In this document: positions 26,865 through 36,160 of the stretch, piece after piece
How positions within the stretch are numbered: position 1 is the first letter of the stretch
Layout: each line of letters begins with the position of its first letter
DNA from: Anaerolineales bacterium
Lineage (GTDB): Bacteria; Chloroflexota; Anaerolineae; Anaerolineales; Villigracilaceae
Length of the DNA stretch: 64,000 nt
Direction: 5' to 3'
NCBI GenBank assembly: GCA_034436515.1
Contig: DAOTVL010000005.1
Location: 18,500 to 82,499 of the forward strand
Notes under the pieces: model-generated
Database searches by the model: none
Seen by the model: only the letters and a program-made list of their open reading frames with translations
What the model was told of the DNA's origin: nothing
Program-made: the position numbers and the translations under genes

Positions 26865-27314
26865 TTACATCCAGGCTGTGTCGCTCGTATCTTTGAATTT
26901 GACCAACGGCTGCTTATGAGCTACGCTTTGACCTGTCTCCACCAGCGTTTGTTCAACGACGCCGCTGAAAAGCGAACGGATGCTGTTTTTCATTTTCATC
27001 GCTTCGATAATCAGGATGACCTGCCCCGCTTCCACCTTGTCGCCCGCTTTGACGAAAACACTGACCACCGTTCCCGGCAGGGGAGCGGTTTGTATGTTGC
27101 CTTGCGCCGAAATATTGGAAGAAGCGGGCGCGCCGGAGGGCTGAGTTAGATTGAAGGATTTTTTTTCAACCCTGGGCTTTGTTTCCTTTGCGGAGCCGTT
27201 TTCGGGCATGACCTCGAACCGCTCGCCGTCCACAACCGCGACGACGGGCCTGGCGTTGATGTCTTCAATTTCCACTTCGTAGGTTTGATGATTGACTGTG
27301 ACTTTATATTTCAT
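26865..27314 (-). CDS. Biotin carboxyl carrier subunit of the decarboxylase
   Basis: A GGAG RBS lies 7 nt before ATG 27314 (MKYKVTV). The C-terminal biotinyl domain has EAMKM. A Pro/Ala-rich linker is present. Confidence 0.8.
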   Translation of the reverse strand: MKYKVTVNHQTYEVEIEDINARPVVAVVDGERFEVMPENGSAKETKPRVEKKSFNLTQPSGAPASSNISAQGNIQTAPLPGTVVSVFVKAGDKVEAGQVILIIEAMKMKNSIRSLFSGVVEQTLVETGQSVAHKQPLVKFKDTSDTAWM

Positions 27315-27427
27315 AAGTTCTCCAAAGACCTGACAGGTTTTCACAAGGCGGTGGTTGAACGGTTATCCTGTGACGCAGACGAGCCCGTACTGACAGGCGA
27401 CGATGAAACCTGTCAGGTCTGATGCAA

Positions 27428-27784
27428 TTATCTTCTTCCAATGCTTCCTTTTTGCGTGCGCTGACTCGTCCTCATGCCCAACTGCCAGGCGGAAACAATG
27501 GCGGTGGGGGGCAAGGGAAGCGGATGCGCGGCGGAATGTTCCCGCTCGGCGAGGGCGAACGCTGCGGCAATCGCGGCGGCTTGGGCTTTGAGTTCGTTTT
27601 GCCGCGCCGGCTCAGGTTCGGGCGTAGCCGCGGATTCGTCGGCGGATGGATTTTTTCCCGCAGTCAAAGCGGTCAGCGCAACCATCATTCCCCACAGGAG
27701 AATAATCGCGCCAAAGACAAGCCCCATGCCGAGAGCGGTGATTTGAAGGGATTGGATTAATGCGTCGTTCATATCAGTTTCCAT
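27428..27784 (-). CDS. OadG-family small membrane subunit (decarboxylase gamma/delta-like)
   Basis: N-terminal TM helix LGMGLVFGAIILLWGMMVAL, followed by an Ala/Pro-rich tail. Position in the operon fits. Confidence 0.65.
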   Translation of the reverse strand: METDMNDALIQSLQITALGMGLVFGAIILLWGMMVALTALTAGKNPSADESAATPEPEPARQNELKAQAAAIAAAFALAEREHSAAHPLPLPPTAIVSAWQLGMRTSQRTQKGSIGRR

Positions 27785-27843
27785 TTGACGGCGAACCGTA
27801 GACGGTGGACGGTTTCCACGGTCTATGGTTTATTGTCCGTCGT

Positions 27844-29397
27844 CTATACGGGAATATTTCCATGCTTGCGGGCGGGGGCAGGCGCATACTTGTCGCGCAG
27901 AGCGGAAAGCGAGGCGATAATCTTCGGACGGCTTTCACGCGGCTCGATGATATCGTCCACATAGCCGGTAGAGGCGGCGTAGTAAGGGTTGTTAAACTTT
28001 TCGCGGTAATCGTCGGCAAGGCGTTTGCGTTCGGCGGCGGGGTCGGCTGCGGATTCAATTTGTTTTTTGTAAAGAATATTCGCCGCGCCTTCCGCGCCCA
28101 ACACGGCGATTTCCGCCGAGGGCCAGGCGTAGGTGATATCGGTGCCGAGATATTTGCTGGACATAACCACATACGCGCCGCCGTATGCCTTGCGGGTAAT
28201 GACGCAGATTTTTGGCACGGTGGCTTCGGAGTAGGCGTATAAAAGTTTTGCGCCGTGGCGGATGATGCCGCCGTGTTCCTGCGCGATGCCGGGCAGGAAG
28301 CCGGGCGAATCGACGAAGGTGACCAAAGGGATGTTGAAGCAATCGCACATGCGAACGAAACGGGTCATCTTATCGGCGGCGTCAATATCAATGACGCCCG
28401 CCATAATGGAAGGCTCCTGCCCAACGATGCCGACGCTGTGACCGCCGATGCGCGCCAGCCCGACGATGGCGTTGCGCGCCCAGTCGGGCTGTAATTCCAG
28501 GAAGGTGTCGTTATCTACAATTCTTTCGATGACTTCGTGCATGATGTAAGGCTCGGCGGCTTCCAGGGGAACGATGTGGTTGAGTTCCTCGTCCATGCGG
28601 GCGGGGTCGTCCGTTGGTTGAACGTAAGGCGGGTTTTCGACGTTGTTGGACGGCAGGTAAGAGAGGAAATGACGCGCCATTTCAAGCGCCGCCTGTTCGC
28701 TGTTTACGCTCAGGTGCGCCACGCCGCTGACGGAAGTATGCACGCCCGCGCCGCCCAGCGATTCTGCGTCAATCACCTCGCCGGTAACGGCTTTGATGAC
28801 ATCCGGTCCGGTCAGGAACATGAAGGAGGACTTCTCGACCATGATGACCAAATCGGTCAGGGCGGGGGAATAGGCTGCGCCGCCGGCGCAGGGTCCAAGC
28901 ATGACGCTGATTTGAGGCACGACGCCGGAGTATTGGGCGTTGCGGCGGAAGATTTCCGCGTAGCCGCCCATCGAGCGCACGCCTTCCTGAATGCGCGCGC
29001 CGCCGGAATCAATCAGCGAGATAAAAGGCGCTCCGTTACGCACCGCTAAATCCATCACGCGGCAAATCTTATGCGATTGCATCTCGCTCAGCGTGCCGCC
29101 GTAAATGGTGAAGTCCTGCGAATAGAGATAGACCGTCCGCCCGTTGATTTGTCCATAACCGGTGATGACGCCGTCGCCGTAGAATTTTTCCTTGAGCAAG
29201 CCCAACTCGTCGCCCTGATGCGTGATGAAAGGTTCAAGTTCGTTGAAAGTGCCGGGGTCGAGCAGAAGTTCTACGCGTTCACGGGCGGTTAACTTGCCCT
29301 TGGCTTTTTGCTTTTTATTCCTTTCTTCGCCGCCGCCTTCCAGCGCCTTGGCGCGGACTTTTCGCAATTCCAAAATTCTGGGGTCTTCCTGAGTCAT
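27844..29397 (-). CDS. Acyl-CoA carboxyltransferase subunit (methylmalonyl-CoA decarboxylase alpha / propionyl-CoA carboxylase beta family)
   Basis: AGGAG RBS lies before ATG 29397 (MTQEDPRILEL). Length and two-domain crotonase-like carboxyltransferase pattern fit (GKLTARERVELLLDPGTF, GGAYVVM). Confidence 0.85.
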   Translation of the reverse strand: MTQEDPRILELRKVRAKALEGGGEERNKKQKAKGKLTARERVELLLDPGTFNELEPFITHQGDELGLLKEKFYGDGVITGYGQINGRTVYLYSQDFTIYGGTLSEMQSHKICRVMDLAVRNGAPFISLIDSGGARIQEGVRSMGGYAEIFRRNAQYSGVVPQISVMLGPCAGGAAYSPALTDLVIMVEKSSFMFLTGPDVIKAVTGEVIDAESLGGAGVHTSVSGVAHLSVNSEQAALEMARHFLSYLPSNNVENPPYVQPTDDPARMDEELNHIVPLEAAEPYIMHEVIERIVDNDTFLELQPDWARNAIVGLARIGGHSVGIVGQEPSIMAGVIDIDAADKMTRFVRMCDCFNIPLVTFVDSPGFLPGIAQEHGGIIRHGAKLLYAYSEATVPKICVITRKAYGGAYVVMSSKYLGTDITYAWPSAEIAVLGAEGAANILYKKQIESAADPAAERKRLADDYREKFNNPYYAASTGYVDDIIEPRESRPKIIASLSALRDKYAPAPARKHGNIPV

Positions 29398-29679
29398 ATT
29401 GCTCCTTGTAGCAGGGTGATTTTCCAGTCCGCCAAATGTTGCAGGCGAAAAGCCCACCCTGTATTTATGTAGTGATAAATTTCACGAAATTAGTATAACA
29501 CTTCATAAATTGGCAAGTAGTGACGGATGACATACAAAACGGATGAAGAAGCGCTCCAAACGTATGTCATGCGAGAGGCGTGACATAAATCAATGCGCCT
29601 TGTCTGATTTTTCAAAAAACGCCGCGCCGCTTTCTATGATGACCGTATGTCGCGTAAACCGTGTCTTACCGTCCCTGAC

Positions 29680-30993
29680 TTATGACGTGAACTTTCTCGG
29701 TTCTTTCACCAAAAACGTCAGAACGCCGAATGTGCCAAGCGCGAGAATGGCGGAAACGGCAAAGGTCGGCGCAAAACCCGCCGCATCCACAATCCAGCCG
29801 CCGATGAGCGGGGCGATGATGGCGGCGGGGGCTGTGAGCGTTTGCGAAAGACCGATATAAATGGGGCGGTCCGCTTCGCCGCCGAAGTCCACCGTCATGG
29901 ATATGCTGTTTGTCCAGATGGCGACGTTGGCGACGCCTTCCAAAATGAAGATGGGGTAAAACCAGGCGAGAGACGTTGCGCCCCATGCCAGCGCGGAGGC
30001 AAAGAAGGCGGCAGCCGCTCCGATGATGAGCATGAGGCGATGCCCGACCTTATCTCCATACCAGCCCATGACGATGTTGACGACAGTTTGCGAAACGGTC
30101 AGCGTGGCGATGAGATAGCCCGACTGAACTTCGGTCATATTGAAATCGCGCAGGGCGTAGATGATGTGGAAAGCGAATCCCATCGAGCCGAACTGCGAGA
30201 GGACTCGCGCCGCCAGAAACCAATCGAAATTTTTGTCGCGCGCTAGAACCTTTCTTGAATCCTCCCAAAAATGGGTCTTTCGCTCAGGAATGACTTTTTC
30301 GGTGTCTTCAGGCTCGCGCGTTGCGGCGAGCGCAAACCATGAGACAACGAAGAAAATCACCGCAATCAGAAAGCAGGACGTAAAATCCCACGGCGCGTCG
30401 AAATAATCCAGCAGGTATCCCGCGCCAATGGCGGATATGCTGATGAAAAGATTCGCCAATCCGCTTTGCAATCCGAAAAAAGTTCCGCGCGATTCGGGCG
30501 GAATGATTTTGGAAATCATCGAGGTCCAGGCGTTGGCGGTGAATCCGCCGCCGAGTCCCTGCCAGACGAGCAAGCCAAAAGTCAACGCCAAGCCGATTTT
30601 GACGCCGACGACAGGCAGCAGCAGCGAAACGACGGCAAGCCCCAAAAACGGGGCGCGCTCGTGGAGGGTCATGACCAGGACGGTGGGTTTATATTTTCGC
30701 AGGCGGGAGACTTGGCTGGCGGTGAATAATTGCGGCAGCAGCCAGCCCGCCGAGTGGATGGCGGGAACCAATCCAATTAACGTGGCGGAATTGGTCATCG
30801 AGGCGACAAAGAGCGGGATAACGGCGCTGAATGAGGCGAAGCCCAGCGCCACGCCGAACAGACTGCCGTCGAGCAGGTTGACGGCGAGGTTGTGTTTCAG
30901 ATTTTCTCGGATGTCTTTTTCAAGGGGGGAGAGGTGGAGCATGGGCTGATTGTACCTGATGAATTTTAACGATTGACGTTTCGGTCTTGACAA
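29680..30993 (-). CDS. MFS transporter
   Basis: About 12 TM helices. The maximal ORF starts at TTG 30993. ATG 30942 (MLHLSPLEKD) is preceded by TACAAT 6 nt upstream, so a leaderless start there is possible. Confidence 0.75.
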   Translation of the reverse strand: MSRPKRQSLKFIRYNQPMLHLSPLEKDIRENLKHNLAVNLLDGSLFGVALGFASFSAVIPLFVASMTNSATLIGLVPAIHSAGWLLPQLFTASQVSRLRKYKPTVLVMTLHERAPFLGLAVVSLLLPVVGVKIGLALTFGLLVWQGLGGGFTANAWTSMISKIIPPESRGTFFGLQSGLANLFISISAIGAGYLLDYFDAPWDFTSCFLIAVIFFVVSWFALAATREPEDTEKVIPERKTHFWEDSRKVLARDKNFDWFLAARVLSQFGSMGFAFHIIYALRDFNMTEVQSGYLIATLTVSQTVVNIVMGWYGDKVGHRLMLIIGAAAAFFASALAWGATSLAWFYPIFILEGVANVAIWTNSISMTVDFGGEADRPIYIGLSQTLTAPAAIIAPLIGGWIVDAAGFAPTFAVSAILALGTFGVLTFLVKEPRKFTS

Positions 30994-31031
30994 CTTCTTC
31001 GTTTTGCATAAAATAAAAACGAACGTTCGTT
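30987..31031 (+). promoter_or_regulatory. Promoter plus palindromic operator of the TetR-exporter operon
   Basis: TTGACA (30987-30992), 16 nt, TAAAAT (31009-31014), then a perfect 14-bp palindrome AACGAACGTTCGTT (31018-31031). Confidence 0.6.
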
Positions 31032-31035
31032 CATT

Positions 31036-31671
31036 TTGAAAAAGAAGGAAGAGATGCCCGAAAAAACGAAGGACGCCCTAACGAAAGGAGAAATCACCCG
31101 CAGCGCCATCGAAGAGGCTGCGTTGGAACTGTTTGTCACAAACGGCTACCATGCCACTTCGATGCGGCAGATTGCCGAAAAGGCGGGCTTGGCGCTGGGG
31201 GGAATTTATAACCATTTCAAGAGCAAGGAGGAAATTTTCGAAGCCATTGTTATAGATAAGCATCCTTATAAGAAAATACTGCCGTTGGCGCTGGAGGCGC
31301 AGGGCGATACGGCTGAAGACTTTTTACGAAACGCGGCGCTCATCAGCGTCAACGTAATCAAAAAAGAGCCGCGCTTTATGAAACTGATGTTCATTGAACT
31401 GATTGAATTTCACGGCAGGCACGGCAAAACGCTGATGGTCGAGGTCATCCCCAAAGTCCTTCCCGTTTTCCAGAAACTGGTCAAATCCAGAAATGAATTG
31501 CGAATCAAAAATCCCGCCATGCTCGCCCGTTCCTTCTTTGGATTGATTATTTCCTACATGATTACCGACATCATACTTGGAGACACCCCTTTTAGAAATT
31601 TACTGCCCAACAACCCGGCGGAAGCCTATGTGGATATTTTCCTGCACGGCGTTTTGAAGGAGAGCCAATGA
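31036..31671 (+). CDS. TetR/AcrR family transcriptional regulator
   Basis: The HTH region is TSMRQIAEKAGLALGGIYNHFKSKEEIF. The likely real start is ATG 31054, preceded by gaaggaagag. Confidence 0.85.
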   Translation: MKKKEEMPEKTKDALTKGEITRSAIEEAALELFVTNGYHATSMRQIAEKAGLALGGIYNHFKSKEEIFEAIVIDKHPYKKILPLALEAQGDTAEDFLRNAALISVNVIKKEPRFMKLMFIELIEFHGRHGKTLMVEVIPKVLPVFQKLVKSRNELRIKNPAMLARSFFGLIISYMITDIILGDTPFRNLLPNNPAEAYVDIFLHGVLKESQ

Positions 31672-32795
31672 ACTCACGCTTAATGTCCATCATCCGTAAG
31701 GAATTCATCCAGATATTCCGCGACGCGCGCACGCTGGCGATGATTCTCGTCATCCCGATTATGCAATTGTTCCTGCTGGGCTACTCGGCGACGAACGATG
31801 TCCGCAATGTGCCGCTCGCGGTTCTGGACCAGAGCCGCAGCCCAGAATCCCGCGCCCTGCTCGACGCCTACCGCGCCGCCGATTATTTTCGCGTTGCCTA
31901 TGACGTCCAATCCGAAGCGGAAATCGAAACTCTGATTTCGTCGGGAAAGGCGCGCGCGGCGGTCATCATCCCGCCCGATTACGCCCAGCGGCTCAGCGAC
32001 GGCGACGCGCAGGTGGCGTTCATCCTCGACGGCTCCGACCCGACCAGCGCGTCCACTGCGCTTTCGGCGGCGCAACTTATCAGTCAGAGCCATTCGACAG
32101 AAATCCTGACCGAGCGCTTTGCCCGCACGGGCATGAATCTCAAAGTCCAGCCGCCTGTGCAGGTTCACACCACAGTCTGGTACAACCCCGACCTGGTGAG
32201 CGCCTACTTCATGATTCCGGGGGTTATCGGCATGATTTTGTACGCCATTGCCGCCATCCTCACCGCCACATCGGTGGTGCGGGAACGGGAGCGGGGAACC
32301 ATCGAGCAGTTAATTGTCACGCCCATCCGTCCCTGGGAATTGGTCGTCGGCAAGCTGACGCCTTACGTCATCCTCGGCTTTTTGAATACCATCGAGGTTC
32401 TGGCTTTCGGTCATTGGTGGTTCGGCGTTCCCATTCGCGGCGACCTTGGATTGATTTTTGTTCTTTCCGGCGTTTTCCTTATCACAGGGCTTGGCATTGG
32501 CTTGTTCGCCTCTACGATTGCCAACACCCAACAGGAAGCCATGCTCACCGTGTGGATGACCCTGCTGCCGAGCATCTTCCTTTCGGGTTTCTTCTTTCCC
32601 CTCGAAGCCATGCCGACCGTCCTGCAATGGCTTTCCTACCTGATGCCGCTTCGCTATTATCTGGTCATCATCCGTTCGCTTTTATTAAAGGACGTCAATT
32701 TGGCGATGATTCAGACCGACGTTATCGCCATGACTCTTTTTGCCGTCGGCATTATGACCGCCGCCGCCCTGCGTTTTCGCAAGCGGCTTGACTAA
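31668..32795 (+). CDS. ABC-2 type transporter permease
   Basis: The start overlaps the TetR stop (ATGA). An N-terminal TM helix, a large extracytoplasmic loop and five C-terminal TM helices match the YbhR/YbhS-like pattern. Confidence 0.8.
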   Translation: MNSRLMSIIRKEFIQIFRDARTLAMILVIPIMQLFLLGYSATNDVRNVPLAVLDQSRSPESRALLDAYRAADYFRVAYDVQSEAEIETLISSGKARAAVIIPPDYAQRLSDGDAQVAFILDGSDPTSASTALSAAQLISQSHSTEILTERFARTGMNLKVQPPVQVHTTVWYNPDLVSAYFMIPGVIGMILYAIAAILTATSVVRERERGTIEQLIVTPIRPWELVVGKLTPYVILGFLNTIEVLAFGHWWFGVPIRGDLGLIFVLSGVFLITGLGIGLFASTIANTQQEAMLTVWMTLLPSIFLSGFFFPLEAMPTVLQWLSYLMPLRYYLVIIRSLLLKDVNLAMIQTDVIAMTLFAVGIMTAAALRFRKRLD

Positions 32796-32849
32796 TCACT
32801 TCATCCCCAACCTCTCTCTTGCGAGGAGAGGAGAGCATAGGAGATTTCC

Positions 32850-34151
32850 ATGAACCACAAACGTCCCCCCGTTCAAGCGATTGTTGTCGTTGTTTTACTT
32901 GTAGCCGTCAGCGTCTACTTTATCGTCACGCAAGTCCTTTCGAACAAAAAAGGCGCGTTGACCGCTTCGGGATTTATCGAAGCGACTCAAGTCAATGTCG
33001 CTCCCGAAATGGCTGGCAAAGCGAACAAAGTCCTGGCGGAAGAAGGTCAGGCGGTTTCAACGGGCGATTTATTGCTGCAACTCGACTCAAGCCTGCTTGA
33101 CGCTCAAAGGGCGGTGGCCGCCGCCGCAGTGGATTCCGCCAAAGCGGCGCTGACTTTGGCGCAGACAAATTACGACCTTGCCGCGCAAACCGCGCTTGCC
33201 CAGCAACAAGCCTCCCGCTCCAAAGACTGGCGTTATTCTGCGCCCGACGATTTCAACCAGCCCGCCTGGTATTTCGACTCGGACGAACAATTGAAATCCG
33301 CTCAATCTGAAGTGGACGCCGCCCAAGCCGCCCTCGAAGCCGCGCAATCTGACCTTGCGAAAGTCCTTGCGGACGTCAACAACGCCGATTTGATTGCCGC
33401 CGAGCGGCGTCTTTCCGATGCGCGGGCGTCCTATCTTGTCGCCGACAGCGTCAAAGTAAGCGCCGATTACGCCGCCGAAGGCGGTTCGCTGCAAAAGGCG
33501 GCGGATAAGGCGTACAACGACGCGCTTGCCGAACTCCGCGCCGCGCAGGACGTTTATAACGAATTGCTGGATACGAAGGCTGCGGAGAACGTCAAAAATG
33601 CGCGCGCGGCGGTCGTCGTTGCCCGCCAGCGATATGACGCCGCCTATGCCCGTTATGTTTCCCTACAAACGGGATTGAACTCGCCTGCCGTTGTCATGGC
33701 AAAAAGCGCCCTCGAACAGGCAAAGACCGCCTTGGCGCAGGCGGAAGCAAACCTTGCCCTGCTCGACGCTCAAATCGCCAAACTCACTCTTTCCTCGCCG
33801 ATGAACGGCGTTGTCCTCACCCGCAACGTGGAAGCGGGCGAGTTTGTCCAGCCTGGCGCGACGGCTTTCGTCCTCGGCGAATTGAACAATCTGACCATCA
33901 CAGTTTACGTCCCCGAAAACCGCTACGGCGAAGTTTCGCTTGGTCAGCAAGCCGAATTGACCGTCGACTCTTTCCCCGACCTGACCTTCACCGCTGAAGT
34001 CATCCAAATTGCCGACAAAGCCGAATTCACTCCGCGCAACGTCCAAACCGTCGAAGGACGCTCCAGCACAGTGTACGCCATCAAGTTGAAGGTCAACGAC
34101 CCCGACGGCAAGTTGAAGATTGGGATGCCGGCGGATGTGGCGTTCAAGTAG
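32850..34151 (+). CDS. HlyD-family periplasmic adaptor (membrane fusion) protein
   Basis: N-terminal anchor, long Ala/Gln-rich coiled coil and a C-terminal beta-barrel (GMPADV). Confidence 0.8.
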   Translation: MNHKRPPVQAIVVVVLLVAVSVYFIVTQVLSNKKGALTASGFIEATQVNVAPEMAGKANKVLAEEGQAVSTGDLLLQLDSSLLDAQRAVAAAAVDSAKAALTLAQTNYDLAAQTALAQQQASRSKDWRYSAPDDFNQPAWYFDSDEQLKSAQSEVDAAQAALEAAQSDLAKVLADVNNADLIAAERRLSDARASYLVADSVKVSADYAAEGGSLQKAADKAYNDALAELRAAQDVYNELLDTKAAENVKNARAAVVVARQRYDAAYARYVSLQTGLNSPAVVMAKSALEQAKTALAQAEANLALLDAQIAKLTLSSPMNGVVLTRNVEAGEFVQPGATAFVLGELNNLTITVYVPENRYGEVSLGQQAELTVDSFPDLTFTAEVIQIADKAEFTPRNVQTVEGRSSTVYAIKLKVNDPDGKLKIGMPADVAFK

Positions 34152-34270
34152 CGAATAGCTGGCGGTCGAGTAGCCCCGCTGGAATCCGCAGAGCGAATGA
34201 GTCAAAGGTTGGAAGCCGAAGGTCAAACCGACTTTCGACCTTCGACCGATAAAAAACAACGAAAAACAAA

Positions 34271-35257
34271 ATGACCGATTATCTGGTAAATGCAAAAAAC
34301 CTGAAAAAATCCTTTGGCGCGACTCATGCCGTGAACGACATCTCCCTGCATGTTCAGGAAGGCGAAATCTACGGGTTGGTCGGCTCGGACGGGGCGGGCA
34401 AGACGACCGCCATGCGCTTGCTGGTTGGGGCGCTGCTGCCTGACGCGGGCGAAATCAACGTTTGCGGTTACGATGTGCGGAAACAGGTCGAACAAGTCCG
34501 CTCGCAGATTGGGTATTTGTCTCAGCGGTTTTCGATGTATGAAGATTTGACCGTCCTCGAAAATATCCGCTTCTTTGCCGAAGTGCGCGGACTTTCCCAG
34601 ACCGAATGGCTGCCGCGCTCGATGGAGATTCTCGAATTCGTCGGGCTTGCCAATTTTAAAGACCGCCGCGCTGGACAACTCTCCGGCGGCATGAAGCAAA
34701 AACTGGGGCTGGCTTCTGCTTTGGTCACCCGTCCGCGCCTGTTGCTGCTCGATGAACCCACAACAGGCGTTGACCCCGTCACCCGTCAGGATTTTTGGCA
34801 ATTAGTTATCAAATTGGTTTCGCCCCCCCGCTTTGATTCTTCCTCCATCGCCGGAGAAATTGGAGAAAGCCAGAGGGGGGTCAGCGTCATCATCTCCACC
34901 CCCTATATGGACGAAGCCTCGCGCTGTCACCGCGTGGGGTTCATGAAGACGGGCAAAATCATCGCCGAGGATACGCCCTCAAACCTGCGGGCGCGGCTGA
35001 ACGGGCGCGTGCTGGAACTGCGCGGCGACCCCATCAACGTGTTGCGCCATGTGGCGCATCAGGATGAAGACGTGGAGGATGTCGCCGCATTTGGCGACAA
35101 GCTGCACGTCCGCGTCCGCGAGGGGAAGTCTGACCTTGTCTTGAGCCGCCTGCCCGGCGAAATCAAATCCGCCGGCGGCGCGTTGATGGACCTGCGAGTT
35201 ATTCCGCCCGCCTTGGAAGATGTCTTTATCGCATTATCGGAGTCAAACCATGACTGA
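34271..35257 (+). CDS. ABC transporter ATP-binding protein
   Basis: Walker A GSDGAGKTT, signature LSGGMKQK, Walker B LLLLDEP. Confidence 0.85.
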   Translation: MTDYLVNAKNLKKSFGATHAVNDISLHVQEGEIYGLVGSDGAGKTTAMRLLVGALLPDAGEINVCGYDVRKQVEQVRSQIGYLSQRFSMYEDLTVLENIRFFAEVRGLSQTEWLPRSMEILEFVGLANFKDRRAGQLSGGMKQKLGLASALVTRPRLLLLDEPTTGVDPVTRQDFWQLVIKLVSPPRFDSSSIAGEIGESQRGVSVIISTPYMDEASRCHRVGFMKTGKIIAEDTPSNLRARLNGRVLELRGDPINVLRHVAHQDEDVEDVAAFGDKLHVRVREGKSDLVLSRLPGEIKSAGGALMDLRVIPPALEDVFIALSESNHD

Positions 35258-36155
35258 GACGGTCATCAAGGTCGAAAACCTCACCCGAAAATTTGGCGAT
35301 TTCGTCGCAGTGGACCACATCAACTTTGAAGTGCAGGCGGGGGAGGTGGTCGGCTATCTCGGTCCAAACGGGTCGGGCAAGACCACCACCATCCGCATGT
35401 TGCTTGGCTTGCTCAAACCCAATGACGGCAGGGCGACCGTTTTGGGCTATGACGTTGCCGCGCAAAGCGAGGAAGTCCGCGCGCGAGTGGGGTACATGTC
35501 GCAGAAGTTTGCCATTTACGACGACCTGACCACGCTGGAAAATTTGACCTTTTACGGCGGCGTATACGGCATTACGGACAAGAAGAGGATTCAACAGACT
35601 CTCGAACTGGTCGGACTCAAGGGGCATGAGTCCGCGCTGACGAAGGAGCTGTCTACGGGCTGGCGGCAGCGGCTTTCGCTGGGGATTGCGCTGGTTCACG
35701 AGCCGAAACTGCTTTTCCTCGACGAACCCACTTCGGGCGTTGACCCCACCGCCCGCCGCGCTTTTTGGGATTTGATTTACGAATTGGCGGAAAACGGCGT
35801 GACGATTCTTGTCACCACGCATTACATGGACGAAGCCGAATATTGCGAGCGCGTCGGCGTGATGCGCGACGGCAAACTTCTGGCGATGGACACGCCGACG
35901 AATTTGAAGAGGTCAATTATCACAGGGGATGTTTGGGAAGCGTACGCCAAGCCGCTCGAACGCGGGCTGGAAATTCTCTCTGCGATGGACGGCGTGGAAA
36001 GAGTCGGGTTGGCGGGGGACCATTTGCGGGTCATCAGCCAGCGGATTGACAAAGAGTCAATGCAAAAACTCTTGAGCGAAAGAGGCATCGGCGTCGAAAA
36101 AATCGAAAGGGGCGAGCCAACTTTGGAAGATGTTTTCCTGTCGTTGGCGCGGTAA
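35250..36155 (+). CDS. ABC transporter ATP-binding protein (second ATPase)
   Basis: ATG 35250 overlaps the previous gene by 8 nt. Walker A GPNGSGKTT, signature LSTGWRQR, Walker B LLFLDEP. Confidence 0.85.
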   Translation: MTETVIKVENLTRKFGDFVAVDHINFEVQAGEVVGYLGPNGSGKTTTIRMLLGLLKPNDGRATVLGYDVAAQSEEVRARVGYMSQKFAIYDDLTTLENLTFYGGVYGITDKKRIQQTLELVGLKGHESALTKELSTGWRQRLSLGIALVHEPKLLFLDEPTSGVDPTARRAFWDLIYELAENGVTILVTTHYMDEAEYCERVGVMRDGKLLAMDTPTNLKRSIITGDVWEAYAKPLERGLEILSAMDGVERVGLAGDHLRVISQRIDKESMQKLLSERGIGVEKIERGEPTLEDVFLSLAR

Positions 36156-36160
36156 AAAGC

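Noticed and set aside
29458-29520. Promoter TTGCCA / TATACT for the decarboxylase operon (minus strand)
   Set aside because: The two hexamers are only 13 nt apart, and alternative -10 choices are weak. It is not reported as a feature.
32810-32835. Third full copy of the compound palindromic element
   Set aside because: Only the TTGCGAGGAG core inside a short hairpin (CCTCTC...GAGAGG) is present. It is too short to call a family member with confidence.
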